Origin: Candidatus Latescibacterota bacterium
GTDB taxonomy: Bacteria; Latescibacterota; UBA2968
DNA: 64,000 nt
Reading direction: 5' to 3'
Assembly (NCBI GenBank): GCA_965204375.1
Contig: OZ241986.1
Span: 1,088,001 to 1,152,000 of the forward strand
The notes under the pieces were generated by a model. It ran no database searches. It had not been told where the DNA came from and saw nothing but the letters and a program-made list of their open reading frames with translations. The position numbers and the translations under genes are program-made. Of the stretch, positions 58,564 to 64,000 are shown piece after piece (the stretch's first letter is position 1; each line of letters begins with the position of its first letter).

Positions 58564-58621
58564 TTGACAGGCGATGCAAACATTTGTATTGTAAAGCATG
58601 TGCTGACTTGGTGTAAGTCAG
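58564..58621 (+). promoter_or_regulatory. Sigma70-type promoter with a downstream palindrome
   Basis: TTGACA-N17-TATTGT; CTGACTT-N5-AAGTCAG at 58603-58621. Confidence 0.55.
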
Positions 58622-58653
58622 TGGCGTGACATTACTTTTTGGAGAATCTTACA

Positions 58654-59043
58654 ATGGATAAACCTCTGTTCCATAATCCTGTATCTCCTTATGTGAAAGG
58701 TACTTCTACAATTTTTGGAAGGTGTGTCAGAGTGGGTGGGGCCGAACCCAAAGTCGACGTCAGATTGCCAAACCGATCAAGACTTTTGCAGGTGGAAGTG
58801 ACCGAGGAGATGGCGAGAAGCCTTGCGAGAAATTTGTATGACAATGTTGCAATGACAGGTGAAGCAACCTGGGAACGAGATACCTGGTTTATTGTCAATT
58901 TTAGAGCGACGTCTGTAGTGAACATCCAGAGCGGGTCACCACTGCAAGCATTTAAGGAACTCGGCGAGGTGGTTGGAGAAAAATGGAAAGGCATAGACGT
59001 TGAGCGATTTGTGGAAGAAATGAGGTCGGGAGAGCGAGAATAG
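58654..59043 (+). CDS. Hypothetical protein upstream of a PIN remnant (possibly the C-terminal half of a longer protein)
   Basis: ORF with GGAGA RBS; RVGG.EP, A..LA.NLY motifs; stop overlaps the next GTG. Confidence 0.55.
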   Translation: MDKPLFHNPVSPYVKGTSTIFGRCVRVGGAEPKVDVRLPNRSRLLQVEVTEEMARSLARNLYDNVAMTGEATWERDTWFIVNFRATSVVNIQSGSPLQAFKELGEVVGEKWKGIDVERFVEEMRSGERE

Positions 59044-59103
59044 TGATCTGTTTCGACACACAGCCCGTGCTTTGGGGATTCAGGCATCGTGCAGAACTGG
59101 ATC
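59043..59103 (+). pseudogene. N-terminal stub of a PIN domain protein
   Basis: GTG-ICFDTQPVLWG, then the resemblance ends (apparent frameshift and truncation). Confidence 0.5.
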
Positions 59104-59201
59104 CAATACCGGCGTTACTGCCCAAATACATAGGCGGTCGAATGTACAACAGATGCACCTAAATTTTATTTCGCACAACCAGTTATGCAATTTAGTTCAT
59201 T

Positions 59202-59236
59202 GTAAAAAGCCACGTCCTTTGGGCGTGGCTTTTTAC
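59202..59236. terminator. Bidirectional terminator-like hairpin
   Basis: GTAAAAAGCCACGTCC-TTT-GGGCGTGGCTTTTTAC. Confidence 0.75.
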
Positions 59237-59266
59237 CCCAGTTTTTTCAAGAGAGGAGTGTGTCAA

Positions 59267-59602
59267 ATGTGGTTTGTTTTTTCTTTATTCGTGCCACTTT
59301 TCTGTGCTTGGACAGGAGGGAGTACTTATTCCTTTGAACTTTTCCTAACTCTCACAGGCGCATTGTTATACGTGCCAATCGCATTTGTTGCCGATAGAAT
59401 AGAAAAAATAAAAATAGCAAAGTTAAAGGCGGCAGCAGAAGGTCAAATACTATTTCAGTTCGACCCGGATGAAATAGAGCCAGGAACTTTCGTGCCACGA
59501 CCACTTGCTGTTATCGGACAAATTGGATTAGGATGGATGCTTTCCGGAATTATTACAATCATTCTGATTTGGGTTGGATTTATAGAGAGGATGACGTCAT
59601 GA
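59267..59602 (+). CDS. Small membrane protein
   Basis: GAGGAG RBS, three hydrophobic segments. Confidence 0.6.
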   Translation: MWFVFSLFVPLFCAWTGGSTYSFELFLTLTGALLYVPIAFVADRIEKIKIAKLKAAAEGQILFQFDPDEIEPGTFVPRPLAVIGQIGLGWMLSGIITIILIWVGFIERMTS

Positions 59603-59663
59603 CCGTCGGAATATCGACCCTACACAGAAATGGCGTTTGTGAGTATAATATTCACAACGGAGG

Positions 59664-60800
59664 ATGAAAATGGCAATGTCAAAGTTTGTAAATAAGTACA
59701 AATGCTGGTTCTTAGCAAGCGTTTTTTTATACACTGTTGGCTGTGCGACAACGCGTTATCAACCGCCGAGTGCTGATGAGATCGCATTAAAAGCGGAGCG
59801 TGTCCGACAAGAGGAAATAAAGAACAGGGCAAAAAAAGAACGATACCGAGAATGGCTGAGGGATACCAAAACTCGTCACGCCCGTTTAATTGACTTGGCG
59901 TATCCGATTAGACGGGCGGGTGTGCAGTTGAGTGAGGATGAACAAGTGACAATCGATTTTGGTTTTTACTCGGTTGGATTTGAGTCTTTGGAAATATATG
60001 ATGAACCCTACAAACGGGAAGTGGTACTTGAAGAAGACAACATAAAGAACACGAATGGATATTCTAAGTCCGTTTGGCATGTTGCATCGGGGTCGCCAGC
60101 AGAAAGAGCCGGTATGCGAGCCGGAGATCGTATTGTTGCCGTCCACAACGAATCCTTTGTGTCCTCAAAAGATTTTTGGAGTAAAGTGCAGCCAGATGAT
60201 GAAGGGAAGCTAAGTTTTGTTATCAAGCGCGATGCGGATAATACCTATTTGACTGTGAAATTTGCCCCTGAGCGTCTTTCAAAATACGAGATTGAATACT
60301 CAGACCTTGACCACTTCAACGCTTATGCCGACGGGGAAAAGATGTACATCATGAAGGGACTGATGGATTTCGTCGAATCAGACAGAGAGTTGCAGTACAT
60401 CATTGCCCACGAATTGGCGCACAATATAGAAAGACACGTTGACAAAATGTTGACCAACGCAGCATTAGGGGGATTATTCGGCTTGGCTCTTGATGCTCTT
60501 ATAGCTGGTAAGGCTGGCATCAAAGCTGGCGGGTTGAGGAATGCAGGTGCAAAAATAGGTGTAGAAGCATACAGCAAGAACTTTGAACGAGAGGCAGATT
60601 ATTTAGCCTTGTACCTATTGGCAAATGCAGGGATACCGATCGATGGTATCGCAGACTTCTGGCGAAAAATGAGTGTCTTCGGTTTGGGATACAACAAAAC
60701 ACATCCGAGTAACCCGGAACGATTCATCAACCTCGAGGCGATTGAAAAAGAGATTCGACAGAAAAAAACATTCGGTTGGGTATTAGTGCCCAATCAGTAA
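59664..60800 (+). CDS. M48 family metallopeptidase lipoprotein with PDZ domain
   Basis: TVGC lipobox; SPAERAGMRAGD (PDZ); NAYA, AHELAH, EREAD, THP. Confidence 0.9.
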   Translation: MKMAMSKFVNKYKCWFLASVFLYTVGCATTRYQPPSADEIALKAERVRQEEIKNRAKKERYREWLRDTKTRHARLIDLAYPIRRAGVQLSEDEQVTIDFGFYSVGFESLEIYDEPYKREVVLEEDNIKNTNGYSKSVWHVASGSPAERAGMRAGDRIVAVHNESFVSSKDFWSKVQPDDEGKLSFVIKRDADNTYLTVKFAPERLSKYEIEYSDLDHFNAYADGEKMYIMKGLMDFVESDRELQYIIAHELAHNIERHVDKMLTNAALGGLFGLALDALIAGKAGIKAGGLRNAGAKIGVEAYSKNFEREADYLALYLLANAGIPIDGIADFWRKMSVFGLGYNKTHPSNPERFINLEAIEKEIRQKKTFGWVLVPNQ

Positions 60801-60810
60801 GGAGGAAATC

Positions 60811-61437
60811 ATGATACGCATGATATGGATAACACTGTGCCTATGTCTTGTCGCGCCCTCTTATGGCGAAGGAGATAATGAATACTTTAAGAAAGGTATT
60901 CTGGCGTATGAACAGGGAGATTATCAAACAGCCTTTCAGGTGTTTTCATCACTCGCCAAGCAAGGATATATTGCGCCTCTAATAAGACTCGGAGACATGT
61001 GTTTTTACGGTAAAGGGTTCGAGAGAGACTATGCGTTAGCCGCACAGTTCTATCGCACAGCAGCCGAACAAGGCGATGGTTTTGCTCAGTACGACCTTGC
61101 CAAAATGTATGCCAAAGGCTTAGGTGTAGAACAAAATTATATGGAAGCACTGAAATGGTACGGCAAATCAGCCGAGCAAGGCAATGTGAAGGCAATGTTC
61201 AGAATGGCTTTCATATATTGCGAATTTGAAGAAAAAGGGCTTCACCAGAATCAAGAGAATCCAATCTTAGCTCATATGTGGTTTTGTTTAGCTTCTGCAC
61301 ACGATGAGGAAGACATAGTGCTCATGAAAGACGGAGAATCTATAGTCGTTTTCCATGCAAGTTTTCTGAATAACAAACAGATCGCCGAAGCACAACGGCG
61401 CGCACTTGAATGGATGGAAAAAAGAAGCAAAAATTAG
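60811..61437 (+). CDS. Secreted Sel1-repeat protein
   Basis: Signal peptide; AAEQG...AQY.LA.MY..GLGVEQNY.EA.KWY.KSAEQG. Confidence 0.9.
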   Translation: MIRMIWITLCLCLVAPSYGEGDNEYFKKGILAYEQGDYQTAFQVFSSLAKQGYIAPLIRLGDMCFYGKGFERDYALAAQFYRTAAEQGDGFAQYDLAKMYAKGLGVEQNYMEALKWYGKSAEQGNVKAMFRMAFIYCEFEEKGLHQNQENPILAHMWFCLASAHDEEDIVLMKDGESIVVFHASFLNNKQIAEAQRRALEWMEKRSKN

Positions 61438-61592
61438 TCCCAACGCAATACGGTCTCGTTTTCTTGCAGAATATGCCACTTCGCAGATGGTGCTTGACCA
61501 AGAATAGGCTCTTTCTGTGTTGCCTTATCAGTGTCTTTCTTCTCCTGCCCCTGATGCTTGACAGACTGCTCTTGCTTAGGTAGATTATTCAT
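61434..61592 (-). CDS. 52-aa hypothetical peptide downstream of the IS1595 transposase
   Basis: Manual ORF MNNLPKQEQSVKH...WHILQENETVLRWD*, AGGAGA RBS. Confidence 0.45.
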   Translation of the reverse strand: MNNLPKQEQSVKHQGQEKKDTDKATQKEPILGQAPSAKWHILQENETVLRWD

Positions 61593-61613
61593 GTTCAATC
61601 TCCTATAGGATTT

Positions 61614-62891
61614 GGCGATTATGGTTTTGAAAGGTCACGTTTGGCGCGTGGCCTTTCGCTTATTGTGGGTAAATCTACAAGATTCAGGAGATATTGGCAA
61701 TCAGTTCTCTATACCTAAGTCTTTTCCCTTCAAAGCATTCTGCAACCAGAGTCATTTGGTCGATGGTATCTCGTGCTCTCATATTTTGCCGTGCCACAAA
61801 CTCAGCGATGTACCTCCACAGGTGTTTCTTGCTGATTTTGTGGTACACCCCCATAATGGCGCGTTTTATCATCGACCAAAAAGATTCAATCCCGTTTGTC
61901 CATGCGTCCCCACGTACGTATTCCCCGCGCGAATGAATGACCTTTTCGTGTTCATACCCCCCCAGTCCATTATAGACGTGTGACCCATCCGTGTACACAG
62001 TCGCCCCTTCTTCGACACGATCTGAGATAAATGCCTGTAAGGTTTCTTCGTCAGGTTCATCCATCACGACGGCCTGAACCTGTTTCGATTCTCTCATCTT
62101 CACACCAACAACCGGAATTTTGCCCGCCGTGCCTCTACCAGCACGTAGCTTGTCTTTCGCGTGTTTGTTGCCTTCCTTCCCCCCGATATACGTCTCATCG
62201 ACCTCTACTGTGCCCTCAAACAGTTCAGTCTGCTCTGGCGTCATTGCGTGTCTGATGCGATGCAGGAGAAACCACGCGGTTCTCTGCGTTACATCTATGT
62301 CACGGTGTAGTTTCATCGAAGAAACCCCCTTCAGGCTGGTATCCCAAAGGTACATAGCGATGATCCAAGCCTGATAACCGAGATTTGAGCACTCCATAAC
62401 TGTGCCCGTTTTGGCAGAGAAGAATCTGCGGCAATCTCTGCACCGGTGGGGCATCGTCTTATGTGTCGTCTTCTCCTGAATGTTGGTACTCCCACAGCGC
62501 GGGCAGGCCATACCGTCCGGCCAGCGTGTGTGAATAAACCACTTCTCGGCAGCCTCATCATCCGGGAACATCCGAAATAGCTGAATGAGAGACATACCTT
62601 TGCGGAAATGCATGCCTGGTGCATTGTTAGCCATAGCACACCACCTTGCAATTTATGGTTGCATATCGACTCAACACACCTTATATTTGAATTAACCCGC
62701 TGATCACAATCATCCACTGGAAGGAAGAATGTTTAGGGGGTTATGAGTTACTGGGGCTTATGCGACAACATAAGCCCCCTTTTTTTATAACCCATCAAAA
62801 ATAAGGGAGTTATGGCAATAAGATAACACCATAACTCCCTGAAATCAACCGTTTTTTACTGCTCACATGGTCACTATCCTACATAATCCCC
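61614..62891 (-). mobile_element. IS1595 family element (ISNwi1-like GGnnATTAT ends); limits tentative
   Basis: GGCGATTATG at 61614 and inverted CATAATCCCC at 62882-62891; no 8-bp target duplication seen. Confidence 0.5.
61684..62634 (-). CDS. IS1595 family transposase
   Basis: CPRC...CRDC zinc ribbon, KGVSS HTH, VEVDETY, VYTDG, TNGIESFW, G.YH..S.KHL.RY. Confidence 0.95.
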   Translation of the reverse strand: MANNAPGMHFRKGMSLIQLFRMFPDDEAAEKWFIHTRWPDGMACPRCGSTNIQEKTTHKTMPHRCRDCRRFFSAKTGTVMECSNLGYQAWIIAMYLWDTSLKGVSSMKLHRDIDVTQRTAWFLLHRIRHAMTPEQTELFEGTVEVDETYIGGKEGNKHAKDKLRAGRGTAGKIPVVGVKMRESKQVQAVVMDEPDEETLQAFISDRVEEGATVYTDGSHVYNGLGGYEHEKVIHSRGEYVRGDAWTNGIESFWSMIKRAIMGVYHKISKKHLWRYIAEFVARQNMRARDTIDQMTLVAECFEGKRLRYRELIANIS

Positions 62892-63223
62892 GAATCAATA
62901 TCCGATGCAAGTAGATATACGTTATCGCCAATCAGTGGTCGTACTGGTGGCACAGGTTTTACAAACTATTCAAATAAACCTGCGATTCAATACCTTGAGC
63001 CACCTGACCAAGACAAAAAAATTAGTGTTCCACCGGACGTTATAGACGCATACAACCGCACGAAAGCTATGTTGGATGCACAAATCCAATGATATTATCT
63101 GCCAAATTGAAAAAGAGAATTTTTTTGAATATTGGGCTGTATTACGACTACTTCAAGGACATTTTCAGACCGAGATGATATTACAGCTATTGCGGAAGCC
63201 AGTGGTGCCATCAGGAGAGTAAG

Positions 63224-64000
63224 ATGTTATTCACAATCTTCATACTTCAAGTGTCTCTTATAGGCACACCGATACTGGCGGACGAAAAACCGCCTCACGG
63301 TATTGAAAGTGTGTTATATGATATTTATCAGGACTGGAACACTGACAACCGTCCGAGGGCAAAACGCACGGTTGCACAATACCATGCACAGATGGTTGGG
63401 GCCGACCGTGTTGTTGTGATTTTGGAACCGATATCCGAATCTGATGATTCTTATGGACTCGCAGCTAAAATTGATCGGCAGGGTCTTCAAGAAGTTCAAG
63501 CCGAGATTTTGGCGGTGTCCCAAAGTCTTATGAGAGTGTCTATACCTGTGGTAAACCTTGTGGCGTTGTCAAAAGTTTCAGGCGTTCGGTTTGTCAGGAC
63601 GCCGATGCGTCCTATTACCCATGCTGTAGCGAGCGAAGGCGTACAGACGATGAAAGCCGATGTGTGGCACAACCAAAATATCAAAGGGCAAGGCGTGAGT
63701 GTTGCAATATTAGATTCAGGGTTTCAAAGATTGTTGGCTACACAACAAAGCGGGGATTTACCTTCGAATCTTCAAATCGAATACCCTGGAGGGTATCACA
63801 CATCTTCACATGAGCATGGGACGGGATGTGCCGAAATAGTCTATGACGTTGCACCAGAAGCAAGATTACATCTATACTTATATAATGATGGTTTGGATTT
63901 TGAAAATTCGGTAGATCGGGCAATCCAAAACGAGATAGATATTATCTCTTATTCTGGTGGTTTTATATCTTCATGGGGTGATGGCAAGGGGCCTATTTGT
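63224..64000 (+). CDS. Secreted S8 (subtilisin-like) serine protease, 5' part (runs off window; absent from ORF track)
   Basis: Manual translation MLFTIFILQVSLIGTPILA...GQGVSVAILDSG...HGTGCAEIVYDVAP; AGGAGA RBS. Confidence 0.88.
   Translation, partial: MLFTIFILQVSLIGTPILADEKPPHGIESVLYDIYQDWNTDNRPRAKRTVAQYHAQMVGADRVVVILEPISESDDSYGLAAKIDRQGLQEVQAEILAVSQSLMRVSIPVVNLVALSKVSGVRFVRTPMRPITHAVASEGVQTMKADVWHNQNIKGQGVSVAILDSGFQRLLATQQSGDLPSNLQIEYPGGYHTSSHEHGTGCAEIVYDVAPEARLHLYLYNDGLDFENSVDRAIQNEIDIISYSGGFISSWGDGKGPIC

Noticed and set aside
8905-59103. GATC close to several fragment junctions (about 8907, 10138, 10310, 10773, 29630, 38259, 59099), hinting at restriction-ligation chimeras
   Set aside because: GATC is frequent here (about 7 in the first kb by eye), breakpoints are known only approximately, and the two best-defined junctions are a few bases off the site. 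It needs exact breakpoints and a statistical test.
59105-59236. Riboswitch or attenuator ending in the terminator 30 nt before the membrane-protein gene
   Set aside because: No aptamer consensus or antiterminator recognised; an ordinary terminator is sufficient
63043-63130. Pyrrolysine or selenocysteine recoding of TAG/TGA codons here or in the methyltransferase operon
   Set aside because: The methyltransferase genes are uninterrupted, there are no pyl/sel genes or SECIS-like hairpins in view, and pseudogene decay is simpler

Overview
Bacterial chromosomal window with no rRNA, tRNA or CRISPR array visible. Gene content (many Gfo/Idh/MocA, PhyH, sulfatase, DUF3604-like, Sel1 and IS1595 genes) resembles marine, sponge-associated Latescibacterota/Gemmatimonadota-type genomes; this taxonomy is inference. 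All family assignments come from motif recognition by eye, not database searches. Main blocks: (1) 0.2-5.6 kb, an operon of MtaA/CmuA-family methyltransferase, corrinoid protein, RACo/ASKHA activator, stand-alone homocysteine methyltransferase and an unknown protein with a duplicated CGxTH motif, with no folate-binding module in the operon. (2) 7.6-21.2 kb, a patchwork of co-oriented genes and spliced gene fragments between two paralogous oxidoreductases. (3) 22-35 kb, housekeeping and catabolic genes (uppP, ogt, orphan PhoB-like regulator with a Pho-box-like array, eukaryote-type pyrimidine 5'-nucleotidase). (4) 36.4-44 kb, a defence/toxin-antitoxin hotspot (ABC-type ATPase + PIN pair, single-chain restriction-modification enzyme, PIN-like::DUF433 fusion, three 'DPIVEEI'-type starts). 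(5) 44-58.5 kb, dxs, a sugar catabolic cluster, a TPR lytic transglycosylase and a GlmU-like gene. (6) 58.6-64 kb, an AT-richer island with an M48 peptidase, a Sel1 protein, an IS1595 element and an S8 protease. Intergenic gaps repeatedly carry stacked 7-10-nt-period repeats and GTAG-type REP hairpins. The best candidates for undescribed systems are the corrinoid methyl-scavenging operon and the ATPase-PIN/TA-anchored defence hotspot.
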